This document shows, piece after piece, positions 1 to 12,941 of a stretch of DNA of 64,000 bases (positions are counted from its first letter, which is position 1; each line of letters starts with the position of its first letter). The notes under the pieces were generated by a model that saw only the letters and a program-made list of their open reading frames with translations, was not told where the DNA came from and did no database searches. The translations under genes and the position numbers were made by a program. Source of the stretch: Oopsacas minuta (lineage: Eukaryota > Animalia > Porifera); assembly GCA_024704765.1 (NCBI GenBank), contig JAKMXF010000244.1, forward strand, positions 639,837 to 703,836, written 5' to 3'.

Positions 1-299
1 CTTAATTTGAATCAAGACTGAGTCCAAAGCAAACACGAAGTATTTAGAGCAGTTCAGCGCGAGGAAGTGAACCGCGCTCGTGTCCATGAAATGTTGGAGA
101 GTACTCCGTCATCCAAAATTCCATTTTAAGTAGTTTCACCAGGCAATAAGTGTTATAATTGGATACGTCTAAATTATTACGAAAGTATCTAATCTTGAAT
201 AACCATAATAATATTTTATATTGCATATAGAAACCCCGTATTGAAATAGCTAATCAGTCTAAGCTCCAAATCCTTGGTTAGTCAAATACACCAGGATGG

Positions 300-2340
300 A
301 GGCGGGGGAAATTTAGTCCCAGCAGTTAAAAAACGAAGAAAATTGAAGTATTAACGAGGATGGGCTTCACAGTAAAATTGGAGAAATCAGTAACAATCCC
401 CACACAGTCGCTAGTGCCCCTGAAGTTACGAATATATACTGTAGAAATGGCCATCCACATTCCAGTTTCAACATTGCTAACTATTCGTGAAGCAAGCACA
501 GAAGTTGAAGACCAAGTATTCTTGCACACTCCGAACTCTCCTAACCATTCAGGGCTCCCTCACCAAACAAGGGGGTATAGCCACAGCCCATTGCACTACA
601 GAGGACTCCAGGGGGTGGCTGCAGATCTGCTCAGGAGGAATCCCTCCAATTACAATCATGCTATCTCTCTCCAACACGAAGAGATAGAGGATTTATAATG
701 ATGAATAAGCTTATCCAACCTCTTCAACGGAGCTTCAGTAATCAACCCTCCGATCTCTCAAGAGATTACAACAGAGGCCAGTGTGACAGGTTGGGGTGTA
801 ACGACAGACACACACAAGCTTCGGGAGTTTGGAGTATGTAAGAAACGCAGAGCCAATCAACTTATTAGACGTGAAGGCAGCGTTCTTTGACTTCAACTCT
901 TTTCCAAGCCCAACACCCATGTCATAGTTCGAATAGACAATAAAGCAGCCGTGGCATAACAACAAGAAGGTGATCTTCCGATGACTTAACCTATGCTTGA
1001 CTGCTCTCCTCCTTTGGGTGTTTCAAGAGGGGAATACTTGCAACCGCGGAGAATCTCCCGGGGAAGACCAGACACGACTGGAGCGAATGGAAATTAAATC
1101 CAGGAATATTTCAGGAAGTTTTACTTCGTTTCTCCCTCAAGCCCATCATAGATCTATTTGCCAGTCGATTAACCTATCAGCTGTCAACTTTTGTAAGTTG
1201 GAAGAAGGACCCCACGGCTATAACGATCAATGCTATCACTCTGAATTGGTGTCAGATACAATCTCCTTACATGTTTCCACCCTTTATCTTATAGGGAGAA
1301 CCTTAGCCAAGATGTCACAGTACCTAAGAGGGTGGGCTGATAATAATTCCATACTCGCCGAGTCGCCCTTGGTGGCCAATCCTGTTGAGTCAGTTAATAG
1401 CCACACCACTACTCAGACTTAACAGCTTTTGACACTCGTTATATTGACATGAAGGACCATTATGCAGTGGCATACTTATCTCACCTCTACTTAGTTTCAT
1501 GATTAAGCAGATGATAATTAACGAATTTAGAGAAGATGCTACTATCTGCCCTCAGTCCGCCTTACAAAATTATATGGATAAATCAAAAGACCTACGATTC
1601 CCAGATTCTTACCACTTGTTTATGTCATTTATGATACCTTTCAAACCCATCTCCCCAGCTACAATATGAAGATGGCTTAAAACCTTACTCGATCAGGCAG
1701 GAATTGACACCACAATTTTCCATACCCATTCAACCAGATCAGCTCCTACGTCAGCTGCACTCAGGAAAGGAGATAACATACAAGATACCCTACGAGTAGG
1801 AGACTGGACGAATGCAAGAACATTCCAGAAGTATTCTCTCCAAGAACCCATAGACTCCACACCTTCAGGCTTTGTTAGCACTGATTTAGTACCAAGCAGT
1901 ACAGTGGTAATAGTAGTGATTAGATAATTTCTGCACCATTATATTAGAGTGCATAATAGCATATAATTTATTTAGAATCTCAAGAGTGTTAAACGTCTGC
2001 ATCCAATTATAACACTTATTTTTTGGGAAACATTTTAAATTGAATTATCGATTCGACTAACCTGTGGGCAACTTTGGATCGGAATTCTATGAGAATTGTG
2101 TAACCAGACAATAAAATCCCACCTACCTCACCCCTTTACTTCAAATTCAATTCTTTACCACTTAGACAGGTTAGCTAATTCAATACTATATGCAATAGAA
2201 AATATGTGATGATGGTTATTTAAGAGTAAATAAAGTTGCGATCATTTAGACATGTCAAATTATAATACTTATTGTCTGGTTATATATTTCTCATAGATTT
2301 CCGATCCAATGTCACCCTCAGGTTAGTCGAATCGATAATT
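300..2340 (+). mobile_element. Degenerate DIRS-type (tyrosine recombinase) retrotransposon
   Basis: Frameshifted fragments in DIRS order: RT tail (MGFTVKLEKSVTIPTQ, 360-), RNase H (ITTEASVTGWG; IVRIDNKAAVA), methyltransferase-like domain (EWKLNP..IDLFASRL..YMFPPF) and YR C-terminus (WLKTLLDQAGID..HSTRSAPTSAA..DWTNARTFQKY, about 1670-1850). An inverted repeat pair lies at 2043-2113 / 2269-2340. The left boundary is approximate. Confidence 0.85.
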
Positions 2341-2389
2341 GTCCCCGTCCAAAGCAAAGTTCAAGTATTCTCATAAAGAGATTTCTGGT

Positions 2390-3850
2390 TGTATGCGATC
2401 TACACGAATTTTATAAAACATTTTCAGCCTAATCATTTTCTGAAGTACCAGGAATTTAAGGATCATAAAGAACTATTGAGTGAAAATCCACAAAAACCTA
2501 AAATTTTCTCCACTTCGACCAAAAATATTCTTCTCAATATCTGCACCAGCTTGTTATCACTGATGCACTTGTAAACTTGATCCCACTTTCCATCGTAGAG
2601 AGCCCAAAGTTTCATTCTTTCACTTGGAAATTAGATCCTAAATGCTAATTGCCAACTCGTAAGCATCTCTCCAAGAAATCCTCGCAAAGAATTTGAAATA
2701 GTTCATAGTATATCTCTAACTACGACCTCGGGCCTAATAGGCAAATGAAGACCTACATTGGTATCACTTCATATTCTGTAATGGTGGCATGTCATCGATT
2801 TCAAGGAAAACATCGGCATGTAATATATATGAAATAATCCAAGGTTTGTTGTTTCTTACAAATCAGTAATAAAATTTCATCAATCACAGACAACGCACCA
2901 AATAGGGTAAAGGCCTTTAGTCTTCCTGGATATCTAAATACCTACCAGGAATCAGATTGTAGCGAAATTGAGGATGATAATGATATTGATAACCACAGCG
3001 AACAATTTAACGATAATGAACATGATGTACTTGACTTGCTTCCTCCAACTCGTAGCTCTTGTTTTGGGTACACATTCTCCAACTCGTAGTAAAGGATGGC
3101 CTAAACAATGCAGGTATGTTTACCAAAGCTATCTCCATACTCTTTGAAGAATTTTGTCGAAATTCTACCACCTTTTGAGGAGGCAACAATTATCACTTGA
3201 ATTGACAACACGGTTCCTCAAGTTTAGTTATCCCATCCGTTCGAAATTTACGCATATACAATTTCGAATTTTGTTCACAAAATCCAATTGTCTCGAAAAT
3301 CCCTTGCTGATTTACTTGAATGTCGCCCTTCCGTGTATGAGAGTAGGAAATTTACACAATAGCATATACCTTTGATCGCTTAAATTGAGGTGGTGTAAGA
3401 CTGGAAGTGAACGATGTTGTCAAAAGGTATACTCTTATCTAAGATGCCGTGTATTTGAAGCAGCAATAGCTCCCTCGCCAATGATTGTACAACTGAGCAA
3501 CAGTGAATCCACATAGCCAAACAGTAAATCACTATTTTCATTTATGGAGTCTGATGAAGATCATACAACATTTCTTGGCACTAGTGAATCCGAGATAGAT
3601 AACTATATTATCAAGAACACCATTCCTGATTATTCTGATCCTTTATCTTTTTGCAAGATAATCAAAACACTTTCCCAAAACTTGCAGCATTGGCAAAGAA
3701 ATATTTAGCAATACCTGCATCATCTGCACCGGTTGAACGACTTTTAGTTTCGGTAGGAAAAATTTCCTCCCGGATAGGTGCAATATGTCTAACTAAAGAT
3801 TTGAAATGCTAATGTTCCTCAAATGCCATCTCAAATATAGTCTTTGTATA
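2390..3850 (+). mobile_element. hAT transposase relic (BED finger to dimerisation domain)
   Basis: Fragments TNFIKHFQPNH (BED-like), HILQLVVKDGL (about 3075) and FPKLAALAKKYLAIPASSAPVERL (about 3670-3750, hAT dimerisation domain). Many stops and frameshifts; boundaries approximate. Confidence 0.7.
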
Positions 3851-4095
3851 ATTTGAGATATGCCTAAACTTTGTTTACTATTTTTCATAAACAGAAGAAA
3901 TATATTACACATATTGAAATAATTGAAATTTCGATTCAGGATCTTGGATATTTTAAACCCAGATTTAGGGATTTTATTTCCTTGCATGACAAACACTATA
4001 CACAATGCGAGCTACAAAATTCCACTCAAAATTGCATTCGCAAAGGAACAAATATCTCTCCAGAAACATATCTATCCACACTCACACACCCATAG

Positions 4096-4573
4096 CGGGC
4101 CGTAGCCAGAGCGTAGTGTTAGGAGGGGTTAAGTAAACTTTAGGGGGGCTTGGATACCTAAGATTTTTATATCCATTTTTGGGGTAGGCCCATACCCAAA
4201 CTCCCAAGCTACTTTCGGAAGGTAAAATTACTTAGTTCATAAATAGTGTTTCTATGTATGGTGATTATAGCCATGAGGAATGATTTCACTATTCGCACAT
4301 ATAATGTAATCAAACTGGAAGAATATGTTGTGATCAAATAAAACAAAAATAAAATTTCAATGGCCACTGTAGAAGCATCCATATAATTAAGTATCTTTAC
4401 TAGTAAGAGAAATTAGAAAACTTAAATGTATAGTCAATTTGACAATTTCACAAAGATTCTCTTGATTAAACTAATATTTAAGATCTAAGATAGTAAAGAT
4501 CAATATAGATTACCAAAAATTTACGAGGTGATTAAATTTGCTAGGGGGTTCAGCCCCTCTAGCTACGGCCCTG
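4096..4573. mobile_element. hAT-type MITE
   Basis: Termini C(A)GGGCCGTAGC / GCTACGGCCCTG flanked by a perfect 8-bp TSD ACCCATAG (4088-4095 and 4574-4581). Confidence 0.8.
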
Positions 4574-4576
4574 ACC

Positions 4577-6530
4577 CATAGGCGTCGTTACAAGGGGGCC
4601 GGGGGTGACTGCCCTCCCCAGAAAAACGTCAGGGGAAGTGGGCCTATATTGCCCCAGGATTGGCTACCTGAAGTAGGGTTTTTCAATATTATGAGTTGGT
4701 ATATATATATAAAATAATAGTATATATAAATGTCTTTTCGATTGGTACTTGATGCCAGCGCTTGGCCTCTGCTCGCCCTCCCCCAGATTTTCATAAAAAT
4801 TCGAAGTTCTATCCCTATGTAGACACCAATACAGAAACATATCATTCAGATATAATAACTAATAATAGTATACAGGCAAAGGAACGTATTTTTCATAAAT
4901 GAGTTCACTTACATATCGAAATTCAATGAAGTTGTATACATAACATAATGTAAAGTTCAGTGGAAATATATTTTGTGAAATCATAAGATCTATACAAAAA
5001 TAAATATATATTCAGAAATCATACACAAGTTTAATTCTTTGGCTGAATAACGAAGCTTTAATTTACAAAAAATCTCGACGTGATGCACAAAATGGATACC
5101 GTTTATGGCCTCAGTGGTCAGGAATTAGCTAGAAAAAGTCATTGGTATGGTTTGTGTAAAGATTCTGTTGCCTAGTGTTATATGTCATGACCGTCATATC
5201 ACCTATTGATTGTTCAGCAATTAAGATATCACATACTTCAGAAGCAATATGTAATCTAGCAATGCTCGGCTGCATCTTAAATTGTAGTGATTACTTCTTT
5301 TATATGCAGCTTCAATCTCGTTTTCTCTAAGGCTAGCTTGGCGTTTTCTTTAGTCGTCTAGCGGCCTGGCTCTTTCAGCCTCAGACTCGATCTATCTGAG
5401 GTTCAGCTGGTGTTTACGCTGATAATTCATCCTGTCAGCTGTTTGTTCTTGGCTTTCATTTTGTCTCCGAGTGTCCTGGTGTATAGGCTGAAATTTGTAG
5501 CTCCTATCACAATCTTGATCAAATTGGACCTCTCTGTGACCTCTGTCTCTCTTTTGTTTCTCAAGACGAATAACTCGCTATCTAGGTTTCTCATTCTCAC
5601 GTTTCCAGCGCTTCCGCTCAGCTGTGGTGAGAAAGATTGGTTGAATATTATTTTCGACAAATCAAATCAACACGTATTATATATCAAAAGATTTCAAAAC
5701 AATGTAGTTTTTAATAACTAAGTACAAATTTTGATCAATATATATATGTGAGATATATTAGTAGAACAATATTCTCCTTAATTCATTATGAGTATACTAA
5801 TTCCAAGGGACTTATTTGTAACCAAGTGGTGAGTAAAAGAACAAATATTCACAACAAGTAGTTGATAAGATCATATTCGGATTCTACGTACTTGATTACC
5901 CCTATATATCTGTTGAAAGCATTCTTTAATGAATACGTATATTACGAGATTTCAATCTATTTGTTTACTTTATAGTCATAAAACAAACAAAAAATTTGTA
6001 TATTGTTAATTCGAAAGTGTTAAAATCGGAAAACAGCATACTCGATTATCCCAATGTAATTGTTACTTTTCCTACATTAGGCATGCCAAGTAGCGGATCT
6101 ATAAATTTCTAGTTGGGCGTAACCATCCAACTTGGCAGTGATGTCGTATGGTCTTGAAATCTGGGAGCACAAGTTCAATCTGATGAACAACAAGTTCTAG
6201 ATGAGAATTTATGGGCCCTGTAAACAGTCAGTAACGTCCAGGAGGGAAACCTATCTCAAGAAATTTAATTATGGTTTGCAATTTGCCCAGAAGGTTGAAA
6301 TTTTTCTGTCCATAGAGTAATGATGTGGAAGCTCGGAGAATATTTGAGTTAGATTGTGTAATATATGATGATGAGGATAAGATGCGAGCGAAGCGAACCG
6401 AGATTTTACAGTTTTCAATGTGAGCCAAGGGGTCATGCACTGGACATGAGATATTAACAAGGGGACATTGCCCCAGGCATCGAGATATACCTGGGGGGTG
6501 TAATGTCCCCCCACCATGGCGACGTCCCTG
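4577..6530 (-). mobile_element. Possible heavily decayed hAT (ZMYM1/TTF-finger-like) element
   Basis: GC-rich putative TIRs CATAGGCGTCG (4577) and CGACGTCCCTG (6530), with only faint hAT-like peptide traces between them. No TSD found. Confidence 0.35.
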
Positions 6531-6958
6531 CTATTATACAGTATATATTAATGTGCAAAACAATCAAATTTCGATATTTTTGAGGGTGTCATAATACTTG
6601 AGACATGAAGTGCCCAGATTCCAATCCTAAAGCCACGTAGCAGCTCCACATTATTACAAAAGGCCATTAAATGAATATTTATGAACCAAGAATATAATCA
6701 ACTCAAATTTCCTTACTAAATTAACGAAGCACGGAGCCCCGAATATATTCGGTCGCGTAGCGACCCAAAGCCATCAAGAGATTAATGCTTAAGCTAATCT
6801 GAGGCACTAAAATCTGTCGCTCAGCGACCTAGCAAGCGAAGCCCACTAGTACATCATTATTTGACCGAAATATTAATCCTACTAGCCTAGCATACTTCTA
6901 ATTCTCTCTGTCACGGTTTGTAAACTTGTGTTTTTAATATTTAATACATTTTCTTTAG

Positions 6959-7918
6959 ATCTCACACAAAAATTTCGAACATATTATTTCTACTTTTCAA
7001 TCTTCATCTAATTATGATCTAACAAAAATTGATTGTACTTTACTACAGACTGATGCAGATATTTCCGAATCATTACTACTGGAAGTCTATGAATACTGGT
7101 TCCGAAAAGCAAGAAAAATTATCCACCCTTCTGCAATATCTTTTACAGAAACTCCATATTCTGCATTTAGGAAACGAAACGATAGAATGATAACTCGCCG
7201 TTTTAGAAAATTCGATGAACAAAATTACGAAAAATTGGATCAGTTTGAGAAAACTTTTCAATTGTTTAACCGAATAACTGAACTGATTTATACACGTGAA
7301 ATCTTAAAAAATAAGCTGATTTCGCTTTTGAAGACTACTTTCTCTCAACGTAATAGGCATCATTGGTGGAAAGACGTTCCTATTTATTCTTCAGATTCCC
7401 AAATAGATACATACTTTGATAGTACTCCATGTTCGTTTACTTCCACTAGGATATGGGATTCAAATAGAACAAATCCGTCCAAGAATCAAGATATCCAGCC
7501 CAACTTCCCTGGTGTTATGCAAATACATTCTCATGAGATTCTTGGTCCTAAGTTTACCAAATTGTCCTATATTTCTGCTGATTTAATTAATGATGGATCC
7601 TCAGTTAACTTACCTTATTTATCTGCCCCAGATGGAAAATTTTCCTTTGTTTCTAATGATTCATCAAAATACTTCCCACCATCCAAAACTATTGACACTC
7701 CATTATATCCAGTCTATTCCGGCAATGATAATTTGTATAGATCAATTAATAGATACTATCGAAAAAGATCCAAAGATAGTAAGATTTCAAATCATAAATC
7801 TAGTGATATTCGCTCTATAATTACCCCATTGGAAAGGCCAGTAATATTTCCTGATAAAGTTTCTACAATTAGTTGCTCTTCCAAAAGTACTTTACATTCG
7901 ATATTTCGTTTACACTGA
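6959..7918 (+). CDS. EPC1: Enhancer of Polycomb homolog (NuA4/TIP60 subunit), terminal coding exon; upstream exon(s) not found in window
   Basis: Acceptor ttttctttag|ATC at 6957-6958, then a frame open to TGA at 7918. ISHKNFEHIISTF..LLLEVYEYWFRKARK..PYSAFRKRNDRMITRRFRKFDEQNYEKL..REILKNKLI matches EPC1 ICPLQFEEMIDRL..IREVYEYWIKKRK..PYVAFRRRTEKMQTRKNRKNDEASYEKM..REKSKRELL. EPC1 versus EPC2 cannot be resolved. Confidence 0.85.
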   Translation: MSHKNFEHIISTFQSSSNYDLTKIDCTLLQTDADISESLLLEVYEYWFRKARKIIHPSAISFTETPYSAFRKRNDRMITRRFRKFDEQNYEKLDQFEKTFQLFNRITELIYTREILKNKLISLLKTTFSQRNRHHWWKDVPIYSSDSQIDTYFDSTPCSFTSTRIWDSNRTNPSKNQDIQPNFPGVMQIHSHEILGPKFTKLSYISADLINDGSSVNLPYLSAPDGKFSFVSNDSSKYFPPSKTIDTPLYPVYSGNDNLYRSINRYYRKRSKDSKISNHKSSDIRSIITPLERPVIFPDKVSTISCSSKSTLHSIFRLH

Positions 7919-9162
7919 AATCTTTCATTCATTTTGGGATGCTTGTAATTTCGAAGTTCTATAACAACCATACCTGATATGATCTTTAAAGTGTTTCATA
8001 TATCAACTGGTTCTTCGACCAGTATTTCACATTCTAAATTTGTTTTTTCAAATGATTTTAGAATTGCTGTTGATTTTGCACTTACATTAATTACTGTTCA
8101 AGCTTTCTCTGGATATCCTAAATACTTATTCAATTCAATCAGAAAGAGAGTATAACGTGAAAACTGATACACTATGGTGTAAAACCTAAAAGCTTATGAA
8201 TCCCTTGACACTTAAGCTATGCGAATTTTCTCTATCCAAAGCTTGGAAAACATTCTAGCGAAATAGCAATTTTTCGTAGCTCAGTTGGAACTACCAAAGA
8301 AGAATAATCTTAATATCTCAACTAACAAAAGAGGAAGAAGCCAAAATCTAGTGTAATTTCTGTATCTATGTTGTTTGGATTATATATTATTACCGTCTTC
8401 GTTTCAATTCAGGCGCCGTTTTAGTACAGCTCCTATAGGAGGTGCCCTAATGGCATGGACAATGTATTACGTCTGTAAGTACATCCGCGCTGCCGTGCGA
8501 AATCTAGCAGTCTGATTAACATGAATATTGGCATACCTATACATTTTGGTCGGAAATTTGCACCTCGGGTATGAATTTTTCTCAAGTGAAATTTTCACAC
8601 CTTTTTGAAATATTTCAAAATTATTTTAGAGATTTCGTCTCAACTGTTAGTCTGAGATGATCGGGTATTTAGATTCCTATTATGATATATATTTTCAATC
8701 TATATCTACATAATTAATAATTTTCGCACCTTTTCACGTGTATTTCTAGGCCTCAACTTAGAAATGTAGGAAAACTTTGGGGTTCACAAGCTATAGGAAT
8801 ACTCTAATATAACATCGAGTGGGTGAAAAAAAGCTATAAGTTGACTGAAATAAGAGATGCTAGTTAATAAAAAATTGATATGAGTTCACCAAAGTAATAG
8901 ACGATCAGTGCCTAAAATAGGCACAAGTTGACTAAAAATAATAGGGGCAAGTTGACGTATAATAAATAAACCGAATCGTAGGGAATTTCGTCTTAGTCCA
9001 TTCTCTATACCATTGGTTCTCACCCTTCTTTCTCCCAGACCTCGTTAGTCCATTTATGGGGTCCGCGGACTCTGGCAAAAACTCACCTTGTATATGTTGT
9101 AGTGTAGGAGCGAGAATGGGGTGATTGGCATCACACCAAATTCGCAGCTACACTGGAACATA

Positions 9163-9315
9163 CAGTAGAACTCGGATAAGACGTACCCCCTCGGGAAACA
9201 GAAATTAGTACGTCTTAACCGAGTGTACGTCTTATCCGAATATGTTTGCATTACAAATAATGATGACTGATATTTTGGGATATAAGAAATAGTACGTCTT
9301 ATCCGAGTTCTACTG
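9163..9315. mobile_element. pogo/Tigger-like MITE
   Basis: Perfect 24-bp TIR CAGTAGAACTCGGATAAGACGTAC, TA on both sides, and internal repeats of GTACGTCTTA. Confidence 0.9.
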
Positions 9316-9679
9316 TATACGTATAAGTACAATAAATCTTAATTTAACAGATACCATACTGAGGCATAACTTGAGATCACAGAGCGAGGTGGCAAGATCA
9401 ATAATTGCCTCAAGATAATACTTCCTTTCTCGCAATACACTTGAGATGGTAGAGTGGTGATATTCGCCGCTGGGGATGTGCTATTGCAGGTCGCGGTACC
9501 ATCATCTGGGCTCACCATGATAGGGAATGCGTTGCCTGAGTAACCTCGGCAGAGGTCCCCACAAGGTTCGATGTACCTTGCCTTTGAGCGCTCTCGAATG
9601 GTGGAAAGGTGTTATGTCGTGAATCGTTAGAATTAGTCAGAAGAGTGCAACAGTATTAATTGATCCGATGAAAGTGTCA

Positions 9680-10210
9680 CAGTCCGGAAGTTGGATAATA
9701 TGTTTTCTCATTCCGTCCTATTTATAGAATTGCCCATTTTGGTATAGGATTGAACAAAGTGTCTTTACTCAATATACTAAAGCCAGCAAATTGGTAGTGA
9801 AGTGTCCATTGGTCGTGATTGATGGTAAAGTGTTTGTAAAAAAGGTCTGACAATTCGGATAGATGCCCGATTTCAATTGTTAACAAGATAGGTATTTACT
9901 TGAATTGACCAGATATCCTCTCGAAGGCAGTAGTATTTGATCCACAAGACTTACATTTAATAGGAACGAAACCGGTTAACAGATGATTCCAGCTTTTTAA
10001 TAACGCCTCCCATCATGGATTTGAATAGCACATATTCTCGTAGTTTCTCAAATTCACAGTTACCTTCCAATTCTAATATGTTTTGGAATTTAGCTTCAAT
10101 ATGTGTAGTTATGATTAACTTCAGTACGTTTATGATGGTTACTTTGTTCGAACTAACAATAGCTGGTGTATTGTCGAAAGAACAGGTAGTATTATACTCT
10201 CCTCCCCATT
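9680..10210 (-). pseudogene. Degenerate USP/peptidase C19-like domain
   Basis: Minus-strand fragments WGGEYNTTCSFD..., CKSCGSNTTAFER, IPILLTIEIGHL, HYQFAGFSILS, HF and NGQFYK*DGM follow USP Cys-box / zinc / His-box order. Contains stops and frameshifts. Confidence 0.4.
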
Positions 10211-10259
10211 AATGATATAGTTAAGACAGGTTAACAATATTTTGTTGTGTATACTATGT

Positions 10260-10720
10260 GGGTGATACTACTGATGCTGACATTTATCTTCTTGGGAAAT
10301 ACTTGAGATTCCTATTTTTAAAGTATATAAGGACGATAGTAATCTACTAAGTGTATTGTATTTTAGTAATAATAGTTAGAAAGGCCGAATGAGAGATAAA
10401 TTTCCAGTGAACAAACTAATAATTATTTAGAAGTTTGGTCTTTAGTGGTCGGGCAATTACAAATTTACTCAGGTAGCACACGATTTCAAGAATGTGCTGA
10501 AATCCAAGTACAGTGCGAGACATATTGCATATGAGATTAATTCCACAATGATACCATGGTTCTTCAGGAGAAGGAATAGGTTGAAGTTCTCGTTGTGGTT
10601 GAGGAGGTAGAGCAGCAGAGCGTTGACAGGAAATGATTGAATAGTCAGTTTGTAGTCCAGTCTAATGTTATTATGCTACTCCCGCGATGTCCCAGTAAAT
10701 TAGCATTCCTTCCCAATTTT
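10260..10720 (-). mobile_element. Ty3/Gypsy integrase relic
   Basis: SCQRSAALPPQPQRELQPIPSPEEPWYHCGINL..ILEIVCYLSKFVIARPLKTK, typical of the integrase zinc finger and core start. Confidence 0.7.
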
Positions 10721-10979
10721 TTATCACTCAGATTGGCAATTTTATTTATGTAACATACCCCCACACCTATCCCCATTACTAGCTACCGCATTGATCATTT
10801 GTCAAAATATTATCGCGATAATATAAATATGCAAAGATAAACAAAACAAAGAATACAATAAATAGACAAAATATATACGTATCTCTATAAGCTATCTACA
10901 TCTTGCTTCTATCATATCTTCACTATCATCATTAATTTCCTCGACGTGTTGATTAGGAAGAACTACGTTAGGAGGTGGT

Positions 10980-11760
10980 TGAAGTAATATCAATGAGCCA
11001 AATCCAACAGCTATTAGGTTGTACTTGAGGACAAGAGCTTCCTATGTTCTCCGGGAGCAAACGGATTCTATCTCCCTTCGAAATCTTGCTAGCCACCTTG
11101 AACTCTCGCTCACTTGGAACTGATCCACAAGGTGACTCAAAAATCGAAATGCAATTATCGACAATCGTAGATATAATTCCAAATGAATTCTCCAGTACCA
11201 GAATGAATCCAAATCCCTAGATATTCATTTTTCAGCAAAGTAGAGCAATATTTCTGAATTGATTTGACTTTGAAGTATGCCACTTTTACAGAGCATTCGG
11301 GCTAACTAATTTGCTTTCGTCATTAGAGTCATTTAGAATCCAAGATAGTAGCCATTGCATACATATCAACGAAATGCTTTCGGGAGTCCTCGCCCCTGAA
11401 ATATCGGTTCATTTGTTTCACAAATTCATTCTTCAAAGTTCCGATGCCGAATTCTTCAATTGCATCCAACTAAAATACATATTCTTTATCAATTGAATGG
11501 TATCAGAAATGCAAGCATTCTCGCATTCTGCATCCAATGTAGTATCCGAAAATGGCTTTAATAATATGATTACTTTGGGAATGAGCATCCAGTCATTTGG
11601 CGTGAGTTGAATTTCAGAATTAATCATGATTCGATTATCTTCTTCAGCATATTGAATGGCAGGTTTCTGCTAAAAGAGTCGAACTAACATACTTAGTATT
11701 TGTTGGACTTGGTATATGTGGTATCTTTCTCAGTCAATTTTTTCTTACTTAGTGTTAGGT
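10980..11760 (-). mobile_element. hAT (ZBED1/4-like) transposase relic
   Basis: LTPNDWMLIPKVIILLKPFSDTT (ORF 11433-11627) and SPCGSVPSEREFKVASKISKGDRIRLLPENI (dimerisation domain). Confidence 0.7.
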
Positions 11761-12941
11761 TCGCTGGTGCAAATATTGCATCAATTTTTCAACAACTGAT
11801 TCCCATTTGGACTACTAATTACTATAATCACTTGTACAGAGGATGTTCCTAGTTTCAGGCGACCTTCTACTTGGATTATAATACCTGGGAGCTTATTTGC
11901 AATCTCAGGAGCAATAGAAATTACTCTGTTCACCTCTATTTCGCAAAGTACTACTAACTCTCAATACCAGTGGCTTAAGTATATTTTTCTTACTCTAAAT
12001 GGTGGGGGCACTAGTGTTTATATCGTTTGTCAGGAAATATTTATATTTGACAAACCAAAGAATTGTTGGCGTAATCATCCTATTTGGGTTACCACATGGA
12101 GTTATTTGACTGGTTCAATCAGGGCCATCGAGATCGGGAGCGGGCCCCGGGTCATAATTTTGGGTGCTGGCCCCCTCTGATATTTTGTTCCGTTATCGTG
12201 AAGTGAATAAACAAAACGCAAACTATCGCATTCGTATTATATATATATTAACAATTTAAATACATAAAATCCTATTTACTCTTATATTTTATGAATTTTC
12301 AAATAGCCTTTAGCTAAATAGCTGTATGGCTATAGAGTTATGATGTAAGTAGTATGAATGAAAAACTAATACTACATAGCTAATACTTCAAGAGTTATTG
12401 TGGTTAAGAGCAGAAAAATACAAAAATTTACGGTCAGTGTAATTAGCAGAAAGCTTTGCGTGCCTTCTTCATAGCAAAATCATTGATTTTGTCTGGGTTT
12501 CTAGGAAGGATTAAATAACAAAGGTATTACTCTGCCCAGCAATTTCTTTATATTCGCCTTTACTTGGCTACTTAATGCAGCCAATAAAGCCTATGCATAC
12601 CTTCACAGACAGAATTTCTCGGCCCTGGTATAATTACCACGCCTACCCCCTACCCCTCTCGACAGCCCTGGGTTCAACATTTATTAGTTTATCCAGTCTC
12701 TACTATGTTACTACTCCCTCAGCATTCTTTATTTCTCAAGAAGAATGGCTTGTTATTATTTATGCTATCATTAACACTTCTAATCTGTGTTTTATTCTCT
12801 TATCTTGGGCTAACTCAAAAACCAGTGGCACTATTGTCACAGCGTCCTGGCCTTTCCAAGTCATTCCCTGATTCTTTGGCCCTTATATGCTTGATGGGGA
12901 AGAATTGAAATACTTCCAGTAAATAGGATGTGTATTTGTAA

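Noticed and set aside
5410-5721. 103-aa and other short ORFs in the ORF track (e.g. 12575-12871, 23757-24032, 26900-27160, 29877-30131, 32693-33070)
   Set aside because: No recognisable motifs; most are antisense or alternative frames of transposon relics, or chance ORFs.
8277-8295. tRNA-like GTAGCTCAGTTGG (A-box)
   Set aside because: No T-arm/B-box or cloverleaf follows.
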